Assembly: GCA_002320665.1 (NCBI GenBank)
Contig: DCKO01000025.1
Span: 21,482-85,481, forward strand
Length of the DNA stretch: 64,000 bases
Source of the DNA: Micavibrio sp. UBA1672
Lineage (GTDB): Bacteria > Pseudomonadota > Alphaproteobacteria > Micavibrionales > Micavibrionaceae
Direction of reading: 5' to 3'
How positions within the stretch are numbered: the first letter of the stretch is position 1; the number at the start of each line of letters is the position of its first letter. Below are positions 21,091 through 30,037 of the stretch, one piece after another. A program made the translations under genes and the position numbers. The notes below the pieces were generated by a model that was not told where the DNA came from, did no database searches, and worked only from the letters and a program-made list of their open reading frames with translations.

Positions 21091-21117
21091 AAAAAAAGAG
21101 CCGGATTTCTCCAGCCC
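21091..21117 (-). terminator. Rho-independent terminator of the pilin gene
   Basis: The minus-strand RNA GGGCUGGA-GAAA-UCCGGCUC gives an 8-bp stem (two G-U pairs) with a GNRA loop, followed by U7. It lies 34 nt after the pilin stop. Confidence 0.6.
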
Positions 21118-21150
21118 TTTCACGAATTTCTGTCTAACTATCCGTTTTCA

Positions 21151-21855
21151 TTAACCTTGTATGCGTATCAGCATGGCACATGCATCAGCCTGGCTGTCTT
21201 CATCATAGGCGCCAGCAGCACCACAAGCAGCACCACCATCACCACCAGCAGAACCCGTTGTTGGGTCGCCATCATCAACTTTGCGGTCAATACGAGCCGC
21301 TTCAAGAGGCTGAAGACCAACGCCATTACCAGTGTTAACTGTAGCTATTGATAAATAATGCCCTGCTCTTGGGTTGGCAAGCAAACCGATTGCAGCGCCA
21401 CCAGCAGTGTAACCAGGTACAAATTCATTACCATCAATATTTGTGTCCAGGAAGCTGTTTGCCGCATCAAGACCTGAAATCAGATCAGCCGCTTCAAGCT
21501 GTAAGAAAAATGCTATTGATTCTGCATCTGCAAGTGCGCCAGCATTAAGAGGTGCAGCTTCAAGACGCTGGTTACCATTTGAAGCTGGATTACAAACACC
21601 ATCATTACAATTTGTAATTCTGTTGTTGGCATTCTGCATATCGCCAGGGAAGGAATCATACATATCGCGGAATGTACCAACGGCCGCGTCAACAGCTTTA
21701 ATTTGTGCCACTGTAGATGTTACTTGTGTATTAGCGATCATCTCCTGACCTTTCAGGATACCACCAACAAGCAAACCAATAATAATCATAACAACCGCCA
21801 ATTCGACAAGCGTAAAGCCCTCATCATTGCGGATAGAGTCGTACTGAGTAGTCAT
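21151..21855 (-). CDS. Type IV pilin (prepilin with N-methylation site)
   Basis: MTTQYDSIRNDEG|FTLVELAVVMIIIGLLVGG is a class III signal with Glu+5. AGGAGA RBS before ATG 21855. There are two Cys pairs in the C-terminal half. I rejected the longer ORF start at 21939. Confidence 0.85.
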   Translation of the reverse strand: MTTQYDSIRNDEGFTLVELAVVMIIIGLLVGGILKGQEMIANTQVTSTVAQIKAVDAAVGTFRDMYDSFPGDMQNANNRITNCNDGVCNPASNGNQRLEAAPLNAGALADAESIAFFLQLEAADLISGLDAANSFLDTNIDGNEFVPGYTAGGAAIGLLANPRAGHYLSIATVNTGNGVGLQPLEAARIDRKVDDGDPTTGSAGGDGGAACGAAGAYDEDSQADACAMLIRIQG

Positions 21856-22039
21856 AGTATTCTCCTTTATAAGAATAGATAGAATTTTAATAGTTGTGTT
21901 TAAGTAAGAAGTAGTTAAAGAACGTGCTGGACAGCACAAAGCGAATCATACACATCTTTTTCCATTTCTAAAAGCCTCAATATGTTCAGAATGATTTATT
22001 TTGCTAAAAAAACATTTAAAAACAGAGGGGTAAGTTCTC

Positions 22040-22072
22040 AAAAAGACAAAATGATAAGTTTTTATTTTGTCT
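22040..22072 (-). terminator. Rho-independent terminator after the AraC-family gene
   Basis: Minus-strand AGACAAAAU / AUUUUGUCU forms a perfect 9-bp stem with an 11-nt loop, followed by UUUUU. It lies 37 nt after the stop at 22109. Confidence 0.65.
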
Positions 22073-22108
22073 AGAGCAACATTATGTATAAAATATAGAC
22101 GTTTTGAT

Positions 22109-23179
22109 CTAGCCAATCATATTTTTGCGGTATTCTCTGGGGCTGCGCCCTTCGATTTCTTTGAAAACACGGTTAAAGGATGGCAGAGAATTAAAGCCAA
22201 CTTCCTCTGAAATGACCTTAATACTGATATCAGTTTCCAAAAGCATTCTTTTTGCATCCTCAACTCGGTGTTCATTCAGGATCGTTGGAAAAGATTTCTT
22301 GAAATGGACATTAATAATCTTTGAAACAAGGCTTTCCGATAACTCTAATTCCTTGGCCAGATCTGATCTGGAGTAACCTGTTTCATGATAAATTTTTTCT
22401 AATGCCAATAAATCCTCGATCTTCTTGGCAACGTCCAGTTCTTTTTCACTTAAAATATCTGCACGTGGCTTAGCGTCCCTAAGGCTTAGAGATTGCGGAT
22501 AAATACGTAGTAGACTTGTATTAATAAGGTAAATAAAAGCCAGCCCCAAGACTGTGCGCAAGATAACGGAATTTTCCTGATATTGGCTATTACCTAGGCT
22601 CAGCATAAAAGATGCTAGCAGAAAAATATTAACGAAAACTAGCGAAAGGATCACCCAATATCTTTCATTTCCAGATTTCTGCCTGTTAATGAGTGTAAAT
22701 AAATCTCGCCTGAACCATATAATCAACAAGCTAAGAGCACCAGCAATCATACCTGTAATATTAAGCCAACCGGAAAAATCGTTACATTTATCAATATATT
22801 TGCAATATTCTACGGTTGTGCTCTTGGTAATGATGATCGAGGCCAGCAGAGCCAATGGCACGAATAGCAACACCCCCCACTCTGCCAGTTTTGGGTTACT
22901 CTTGGCATGAGCCATTTGTATTATAAGAAGGGCGCTAATTGATGGGCCATAGCTCCATAGCGCCCAGTTTATGATGCTATAATAAGGTATAGCCTCGGAA
23001 ATATAGCGCTCCGCTAGATCAGCAAAAAAGGCTGCGCCTAAAATAAAAAAATAAATACACGGCAAAAGTATTGAATTGATATTTTGTGCCCGAAATACGA
23101 TATAAACAAGGATATAGACACACTGAAATACTCCCAAAAGCGAGAGAACCTCCTGTAAATTGAACTGGAACTGGTTCAT
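22109..23179 (-). CDS. AraC-family transcriptional regulator with a polytopic membrane N-terminal domain
   Basis: The first ~230 aa form six to seven hydrophobic helices. The C-terminal ~100 aa are a typical AraC double HTH (SRSDLAKELELSESLVSKIINVHFKKSF...VGFNSLPSFNRVFKEIEGRSPREYR). Confidence 0.85.
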   Translation of the reverse strand: MNQFQFNLQEVLSLLGVFQCVYILVYIVFRAQNINSILLPCIYFFILGAAFFADLAERYISEAIPYYSIINWALWSYGPSISALLIIQMAHAKSNPKLAEWGVLLFVPLALLASIIITKSTTVEYCKYIDKCNDFSGWLNITGMIAGALSLLIIWFRRDLFTLINRQKSGNERYWVILSLVFVNIFLLASFMLSLGNSQYQENSVILRTVLGLAFIYLINTSLLRIYPQSLSLRDAKPRADILSEKELDVAKKIEDLLALEKIYHETGYSRSDLAKELELSESLVSKIINVHFKKSFPTILNEHRVEDAKRMLLETDISIKVISEEVGFNSLPSFNRVFKEIEGRSPREYRKNMIG

Positions 23180-23193
23180 TTTTTTAAATGCCC

Positions 23194-23940
23194 TTACTTG
23201 TATTTGGGTACATTATCACATAACGGGTCTTTTTGGGCTTCCTCTTCGGATAAAATCTGGTTGCATATATGTGCCAACATTTGATTTACCTCTTGGGGCT
23301 GTAATTTCTCTGCCGAGGATTTTAGAATTTCGACCATTACTGTATAGGCAAGCTCTTTGTCTCCCTTTTCCCGTAAAACAAAGGACGGTATTTGTTTTGT
23401 GAATATAGGGATATCTTCCTTTTTATGATTTGCCAATTCTTTTGCTAGCTCAAGGGCTGTCTCATGGTCTTTCATATTTTTTCGGGCGACAACAACGGCT
23501 TGTAGTAAAAATCGCCATTTTTCATCTTCAGTGCGCAAGCCTATTTCTCTAAGGTAGGATAAAACAGGACGAAACCTTTCCGGCTCTTGAAGAGAACTAA
23601 AATAATATGCAGCTAAATAAGGTATGTAATTAGAAGTAGAATCCAGATAATCTTCTACATAAAACCAGTCTGTCAAAGTCTCGTATTTATAATCTTTTAG
23701 CGCTGTTACGCGGCCACCACTATCGCCCATATTCTGGATCATGATCCCTATAATGCGGTAGGCGAATTGAGAATCGCCCAGACCATAAAGCGCGGCATAT
23801 TTCTTATTCGGCGCGGGTGGCACATTACTCCATTCTGCCTGAAGGTTTCTAGAATAGAGCCAAAAAACAACATTTATTATCAAAGCCATTGCAAAGATAT
23901 ATATGACTTTTTTTTCTGCTTTTTTAGAGGCGTTAAGCAT
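23194..23940 (-). CDS. Hypothetical membrane-anchored helical protein
   Basis: One N-terminal TM (IYIFAMALIINVVFWLY) followed by a ~210-aa predicted periplasmic alpha-helical domain. It is tightly packed between the ABC-2 permease and the AraC gene. Confidence 0.45.
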   Translation of the reverse strand: MLNASKKAEKKVIYIFAMALIINVVFWLYSRNLQAEWSNVPPAPNKKYAALYGLGDSQFAYRIIGIMIQNMGDSGGRVTALKDYKYETLTDWFYVEDYLDSTSNYIPYLAAYYFSSLQEPERFRPVLSYLREIGLRTEDEKWRFLLQAVVVARKNMKDHETALELAKELANHKKEDIPIFTKQIPSFVLREKGDKELAYTVMVEILKSSAEKLQPQEVNQMLAHICNQILSEEEAQKDPLCDNVPKYK

Positions 23941-23948
23941 AGAAAGAC

Positions 23949-24713
23949 CTAGAATTGCCGTCTAATAAAATCCAGTAGAACAGCATTGATGATAAGAAAA
24001 TAAAAGACAAGACATTGCCCGATTATAAAGTAAATGGCAAAAAGATCACTGCTATAACCGTAAATCAGCCAGTTATTCTGAGCCATTAAATCGAGGCGTG
24101 GTATAAGAATGGAGACCAGATTCATCATCATATCAAGGGCCACATGGCTTTCAACAAGCTTAGATTCTATAATCCCCAATATCTGCCCCATCATGCGCGC
24201 CAAAATATAGAAGGCTGACAAGGCCATAGCAGCATTGGAAGCACTCGACATATAAAGAGCAAAGAAAAAGGCTGTGTTAACCATGATTATACTTTCCACG
24301 GTTAAGCTTAGGCCCCAGACCCACGCCCCACCGAAATCTTGCCGCAAATAATTCATTCCACAAACAAGAGCCAAAACAGCAAGGCTTAGCATGATTGCTA
24401 TGATATTGAACGCCATAGAATATGACAAAACAAAGGATATCCGCCCTATTGGCCTTGAGAGCAAAAACTCGACATCTTTGCTGTCATATGATTTTCGTAC
24501 AAAAAATATGACAAAGAGGCAAAGTCCTAGCACCGCGGCAATTCGAAGGCTTCCAGCGATAAAAACAACAGCAAATATATCCTGCTCGATAATAGCCGAG
24601 CTGCCTAGAAATACAGAAAGACTGGTTCCAACGACTAGGACCAGAAATAAGGCCAGTACCAGTCGATCACGCAAAGCCGCTATTAGAACATATTTAATCA
24701 GTGATGGAGACAT
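23949..24713 (-). CDS. ABC-2-type transporter permease
   Basis: Six hydrophobic helices, and the E-F-LLSRPIGR-x-x-F-VLS motif after TM2 that is typical of ABC-2 permease families (E-x-LL-[ST]-x-P-[IV]-x-R). Confidence 0.6.
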   Translation of the reverse strand: MSPSLIKYVLIAALRDRLVLALFLVLVVGTSLSVFLGSSAIIEQDIFAVVFIAGSLRIAAVLGLCLFVIFFVRKSYDSKDVEFLLSRPIGRISFVLSYSMAFNIIAIMLSLAVLALVCGMNYLRQDFGGAWVWGLSLTVESIIMVNTAFFFALYMSSASNAAMALSAFYILARMMGQILGIIESKLVESHVALDMMMNLVSILIPRLDLMAQNNWLIYGYSSDLFAIYFIIGQCLVFYFLIINAVLLDFIRRQF

Positions 24714-24737
24714 AAGCTAACTCAGAGATATTATTGC

Positions 24738-26636
24738 TTATAGTTTAAACGGTCTGCGGTCGCCAGAGAACTTACGGTACAGATCCTTATCTGTCGCATG
24801 AATAGTATCAGCACCGTCCTCAATTATTGTAGCCTTTATAAAAATAACCAATTCTGTTTTTGAAATTAAGTCATTTTGTTTCTTAAACAAAGACCCGACA
24901 ATCGGCATCTCACCTAGAACAGGCACGCCTTCTTGTAAATTTGTGGTTCGGTCCTGCAACAAACCACCCATCACGATGGCTTGGCCAGAGGAAACATTAA
25001 CAACAGTATCGATTTCCTGCACATTAACCTCTGGTATTAATGATTCAAGGTTGGCCGCGCCAGGAATTGTAGAGGCTGCAAAGGCTACACCTGGGTCGCG
25101 TTCTGTGCCGACAACACGTGTGACTGTTGGACGCAATGCCAATGAAATTTTTCTAGTATCCAGATTGATAGAAGGCTGAACGTTCACAAGAACCCCTTCT
25201 GGAACACTATTAATCGTTGAGTCAATTTCGACCGTATCGATATCTCCATCATCATCTTTATCTGTTGATTCAACTTCAATTTCAAAGAAGACCTGATTGG
25301 TTGCAACATTCAAGACAGCAGATTGGTTGTTGAGCGTTGTTAAGCGGGGGCTTGCCAAAGCGCGTACTGTACCAAAACCGGAGATTGCTTGCACCAAGGC
25401 CTCCAGATCATTTCCCAGGTAGCCAAGAGTAAAGTTATTGGGATTTGTACCGGACAGAGAAGAGCCGATCGGCGCTGTTACCAGACCTCTTGTTAAACCT
25501 GACGCAGCGGTATTAAGAGATGTTGCACCACCACTAGACAGAAAGTTACCGAATCCCTCAGGGCCAAGGGATAGAGCCTGCCAATCAATCCCCGTGATAT
25601 ATTCATCAAACAGATTTACTTCGAAAATCTTGGCTTCGATCAACACCTGAGATGTCACTGCTTTCTTTAAAACTTCCAGATATGCCTGAACTTCTTTTTG
25701 TTGCTTTTCAGTTGCATAAATATTGACCATACCGGCCTGTTTGTTGATCGAGAACTGCGTTGAGGCCTCGCCATCCCCTGTGCTGCTACCGAAATCATCA
25801 TTACCGGCATCGACTGGCAAGGATTCCACATTCAAGACCACTTCGCGGTCATCTTGATTATTCGTACTTCCGTTTTCGGAATTAACAGGGTTCGAAGGAG
25901 CTGCAGTAATTCTCGGATCTCGGTTTGTCCGCAAAGCAGACCCTCTTGCGCCTCCTAATATCTGAGAAAGTCCAGCTTCCAATTCACCCCAAAAATCAGA
26001 ATTACTCTCAGAGCTAGCAGAAAATGATGACCCAGTGTCAGCACCATCTCCAGAAACCACAGAAACATTCGTGCTAACAGCACCCTGATTATTTCTTATG
26101 AAACTCAAATAATCGATTTTGTAAAGTTTATTGTAAGGTGTATCCAACTCTACACGTAAGAAGTCTTCTTCAAATTTATAGCGCAATCCAGCAATATCAG
26201 AAATTCGCTTGATAACGACATCAAAAGGCTTGTTTCTGGCAGTAAATATAATAGACCCCCTGATATTCGGGTCTAGTTCAAGATCGTAATCAGCTTGTTT
26301 TGCCAACTCAAATAATACGTCTCTAATCGGTACAGATTGGTCAACAGCAACAGAGACCAAAGGCATTGGCTGGATGCTGGAGGTTGCCGTCGAGACATAA
26401 GGCTGCATCTCGGGAATTCCTACTCTATTGGAAGTATCGCTTGATGGTGTTTCGAGTTCAGGTGTACGCTCTGCCAAGCCATCACGGTAATCTTGTATCT
26501 CCATATTTCCGGCTCTGTCTGCTCTGGTGTAATTATGCGCCAAATCACAAGCCGACAAGGAAAAACAAACCAATATTGCCGGAAATAGTCCGAAAGGTTT
26601 ACTGGTTGTGTTTTTCAACTTTTGTAAAACAAACAT
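24738..26636 (-). CDS. Secretin, MshL-type lipoprotein (T4P/T2SS secretin family)
   Basis: Lipobox VCFSLSAC. N0-like domain (VSVAVDQSVPIRDVLFELAKQADYDLELDPNIRG). C-terminal secretin core (VLIEAKIFEV..., PRLTTLNNQSAVLNV, GQAIVMGGLLQDR...GVPVLGEMPIVGSLFK). I took ATG 26636 as the start rather than 26690. Confidence 0.9.
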   Translation of the reverse strand: MFVLQKLKNTTSKPFGLFPAILVCFSLSACDLAHNYTRADRAGNMEIQDYRDGLAERTPELETPSSDTSNRVGIPEMQPYVSTATSSIQPMPLVSVAVDQSVPIRDVLFELAKQADYDLELDPNIRGSIIFTARNKPFDVVIKRISDIAGLRYKFEEDFLRVELDTPYNKLYKIDYLSFIRNNQGAVSTNVSVVSGDGADTGSSFSASSESNSDFWGELEAGLSQILGGARGSALRTNRDPRITAAPSNPVNSENGSTNNQDDREVVLNVESLPVDAGNDDFGSSTGDGEASTQFSINKQAGMVNIYATEKQQKEVQAYLEVLKKAVTSQVLIEAKIFEVNLFDEYITGIDWQALSLGPEGFGNFLSSGGATSLNTAASGLTRGLVTAPIGSSLSGTNPNNFTLGYLGNDLEALVQAISGFGTVRALASPRLTTLNNQSAVLNVATNQVFFEIEVESTDKDDDGDIDTVEIDSTINSVPEGVLVNVQPSINLDTRKISLALRPTVTRVVGTERDPGVAFAASTIPGAANLESLIPEVNVQEIDTVVNVSSGQAIVMGGLLQDRTTNLQEGVPVLGEMPIVGSLFKKQNDLISKTELVIFIKATIIEDGADTIHATDKDLYRKFSGDRRPFKL

Positions 26637-26841
26637 AATATACTTAGCCCCTAGGAAATTTGATAAAGACATATGAAAGAAACAGAACAATCAAGGCGGA
26701 CGCCCATCAAGATTCCAACATAACTATATTGCGCTGTATGGTATGAAATATCGACTAGTTTTGGCAATAAGCTTCTTATTAGCTGTGAATAACTTAGTGC
26801 TAATATGGGAATTATTTTTTGAACTACAGAGCAAATTTAGC

Positions 26842-28833
26842 TTATTCAATACCTGCCAAAGGCGGTTCCCACTTATCATTTGATGCAGTGGCCTGCCAAT
26901 TCAGAATCACATCACCACTATGCGGGAATCCTAAACGGTCATTGTAATGAGCTAGTATTGCATCTCTGGTATCTTTATCATCTGTATTTGATACTGTTTC
27001 AAAAAGACGTTCAGCCTCACTAATGTCATTACGCGTGGCCATTTTCTTAATATATGGGATACTATCTACGCCGGCAGACAGGTTTCTGAAACCGGCCCCT
27101 AATAAAAGTCCAGTATATTTCGTATGTGAAGCCATTTCACCGCAAATACTGACAGGGAGGTTTTGTTTATTAGCCGCCGTAGCTATGTCTTTTAATGTTT
27201 CCAGAACAGCCGGTTCCGTTGGGTCATAAGCTTCAAGGTTTTCATCACTATAGCGATCAGGACCAATAATTTTTGCAATAAGATCATTCGAGCCCACCGA
27301 AATAAAATCAGCATTTAGCTTTCCTCTTTTTAAGGCATGAACGCCAGCAACGGTTTCAATCATTGCACCTACAGGGATCTTGGTCTTTACACCTTGCTTT
27401 GAGCATTCTTCCTCAAGCATCTGTCTGACTGGATCAAGGTCTGCATTAGAATTAACCATAGGCACCATAAGTTTAATCTTGGGCTTACGCCCCTCATCTT
27501 CCATTTTTTTGGCTAATAGAGCTATGTCTTCAATAAGACGCTTTGTTAGTTTTTCTTGATCCTGAGCACGTTTTTCTTCATCTATATTACCGTTTTTATC
27601 AAGAACTGGATATTTATCTCCCGCCAGATCCGGTGTTCTGATTGTTGCTTCAATATCTCCACAATTCCTTAAGTTACACTCAATGATGTGGAAGTAATTA
27701 TGGTCATTTTGCTTAAACTTAGATGATTATGTTTCACTTTCTTTGTCATAGCGCATGTCTGCAGCAACTTCAGTTCGATACAGTCCAATACTAACAGGGT
27801 TAGTCTCTCTAATCATATGTGATTCAAAAGAAGCAGCATAATTAGCGTGTATATTGACTTTCTCTCCATCTCTGGTTTTAACAGATTTGGTTTTGGTAGA
27901 ATCCTTAGCTAGTGCCTGAAATTGTTCTTCCCGTTTATCAACTTCACCTTCATAACCTTTGATAACACTTTTATTTGGATGAAGTAAAACCATGTTTTCG
28001 GAGCCATCCATAACAATAGGATCACGGTTCTTGATATGCTTCATATCATCTTGCTTGAGCCTGCCATAAGGAATGCCCAAAGCATCAATAATAATAGCTG
28101 CATGGCTTTCTAAACTTCCTTCATCGACCAAAACACCACTAACCTTCTTTTCTCCGGTCTCGGAATCACAAAGAGCGGATACTGCACTTAAGGATATTGA
28201 AGGCATAATCAGTATATCACCTTTTTTAACATCATTGATTGCTGATAAGGTTTTATCCGGATGCAAATGGTGTTGCATCGTTGCTCTGTGTTGTTGCAGT
28301 TCTGTCGCTCTGGCCCTAAGGTACTCATCGCCCATAGCCATGAATGTTGAAATTTGTTCTTCATAGAAACCATCAAGTGCAACTTCTGCAGATTGCCCGC
28401 TTTTTATAAGTGTCTGAATTCCTTCTTTAAATGTATGATCACTAACCATTCGGACTTCAGCACCCAGCACCTCTTTTACAATATCCTGTATCTCTATCGG
28501 GGCATTTTCTGCATCACTCAGATAGTTTTCGTAGGTTGTGATCGCTCTCTTGTGCGCATCTTCAAAACGTGAGAGCTGTTCTTCTACAAAGCTCTTTTTT
28601 CTGGCTTCCTGTTGTTCTATCGGCAATAAGTTGAATTCTTCTTCAGTGCGTCCAAAAACTTTTTCATACTCTTCATCTGACGGCTTTATACGGCTGATAT
28701 CAACAATATAAGCCTCCCCCACAGCCATTTTCGGACTCGAGAAATAAGCCGGAACGACCTGTGCACCATGCTTGTCATCAAAATGAGCGGCCAGCTCTGT
28801 TTTTCCATCTTGAGGATCGTCTGTCATTATCAC
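26842..28833 (-). pseudogene. PEP-utilising enzyme (PTS Enzyme I/PtsI-like) interrupted by one in-frame TAA
   Basis: ORFs 27727..28833 and 26842..27504 share a frame, and the only interruption is TAA at 27727-27729. Motifs present: LESHAAIIIDALGIPYG (phospho-His), GLYRTE, IRTPDLAGDK (in the bridging segment), VGSNDL and ICGEMA. Confidence 0.75.
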
Positions 28834-28894
28834 CCTATTATTTTTGCGTTATATTATAGAAATATTATTTATTGCGCAAGAAATAAGGCTCGGG

Positions 28895-30037
28895 TTACTC
28901 ACTGAAAGAAATACGGGATGTATCCACTGAATCCAACGCCCCGTGGCTTTCACGTGATTGTTTGACCAGATTTGCTTGCTGGATTTTTATTTTCATATCT
29001 GACGGCTTATCAGAATTTGAAATTGCCGATTCATCGGAAATCAGACCCTCTATATAAAGATTAAGTAAGGATTGATCGAATGTCATCATGCCCAGAGAGT
29101 TATTTTGCTCCATCACGTCATGGATTTTTCCGATCTCGCCTTTAAGGATCAAGTCACGGACAAAACCCTGATTCAGCAAAACTTCAATTGCCGGAGACAT
29201 GCCTCCTTCCAGATTTGGAAGCAATCTTTGCGAAATAATGGCCTTCAAATTCATGGAAAGATTCAATCTGATCTGGTTATGAAACTCCTCCGGGAACAGG
29301 TTTACAATACGCTCAATGGCCTGATAAGAGTTGTTCGTGTGGATCGTTGCCAAACATAAATGTCCGGTTTCCGAGATCGACAAGGCTTGCTCCATAACCT
29401 CACGATCACGTATCTCCCCGACCAGAATAACATCCGGTCTTTGACGCAGGGAATTTTTCATCGCGGTGGCAAAGCTTTCCGTATCAACACCCACTTCACG
29501 CTGTGTAACAACACAACCTTTATGCTCATGAAAAAATTCGATCGGGTCTTCAATTGTAATGATGTGGCCCTGACTGTTGCGGTTACGCTGATCGATCATA
29601 GCCGCCAGAGAAGTTGATTTACCAGAACCTGTCATACCTGTAACAAGAATCAATCCTCTTTTTTCCATAGAGAGTTGTTCAAGAATTTTAGGTAGTTTCA
29701 ATTCCTCAAAGCTTGGAATTTCCGATGTAATGCGGCGAATAACCAATGCAGGAAACTGACGCTGTTGCATAACATTGATACGAAATCGACCATGTTCTCC
29801 CATATCCAACGCTGTATTCAGCTCAAGATTAGCCTCGAAATCACGTTTTTGGCGGTTTGTCAGCATTGATGTCAGGATTTCATTAATATCATCCGGTGAT
29901 AGACTATATTCTGAAAGATTAACTAGACCGCTATCGCCACGCAAGGATGGTGGAAAACCCACTGTCAGGTATAAGTCACTGGCTTTGTGCTCATGCATAC
30001 TATTCAAGTATTGGAATATCTTAGGTGGTGTCGTCAA
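28895..30037 (-). CDS. pilU: PilT-family retraction ATPase, PilU-like
   Basis: ASDLYLTVGFPP, Walker A GMTGSGKSTSLAAMID, Asp/His boxes (IITIEDPIEF, VGEIRD, TGHLCLATIHTNN). It is the second of two tandem PilT paralogs and overlaps pilT by 4 nt. Confidence 0.85.
   Translation of the reverse strand: MTTPPKIFQYLNSMHEHKASDLYLTVGFPPSLRGDSGLVNLSEYSLSPDDINEILTSMLTNRQKRDFEANLELNTALDMGEHGRFRINVMQQRQFPALVIRRITSEIPSFEELKLPKILEQLSMEKRGLILVTGMTGSGKSTSLAAMIDQRNRNSQGHIITIEDPIEFFHEHKGCVVTQREVGVDTESFATAMKNSLRQRPDVILVGEIRDREVMEQALSISETGHLCLATIHTNNSYQAIERIVNLFPEEFHNQIRLNLSMNLKAIISQRLLPNLEGGMSPAIEVLLNQGFVRDLILKGEIGKIHDVMEQNNSLGMMTFDQSLLNLYIEGLISDESAISNSDKPSDMKIKIQQANLVKQSRESHGALDSVDTSRISFSE

Noticed and set aside
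21856-21939. Longer upstream starts offered by the ORF track for the pilin (21939), secretin (26690), TPR protein (33079), DUF4167 protein (47004), trmD (1035) and prmC (48095).
   Set aside because: The internal starts give canonical N-termini: a class III prepilin leader preceded by an AGGAGA RBS, a lipobox signal peptide, a Sec signal peptide, or non-overlap with the upstream gene. The extensions translate to atypical Cys/Phe/Tyr-rich sequence.
21925-21940. Sigma-54-like spacing (TGGACAG-N4-AAGC, with GG and GC 12 nt apart) near the pilin upstream region.
   Set aside because: It reads on the plus strand, pointing away from the minus-strand pilin gene and toward no ORF. The minus strand has no GG/GC pair with the correct spacing. 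I reinterpreted it as part of the GTGCTG-GA-CAGCAC inverted repeat.
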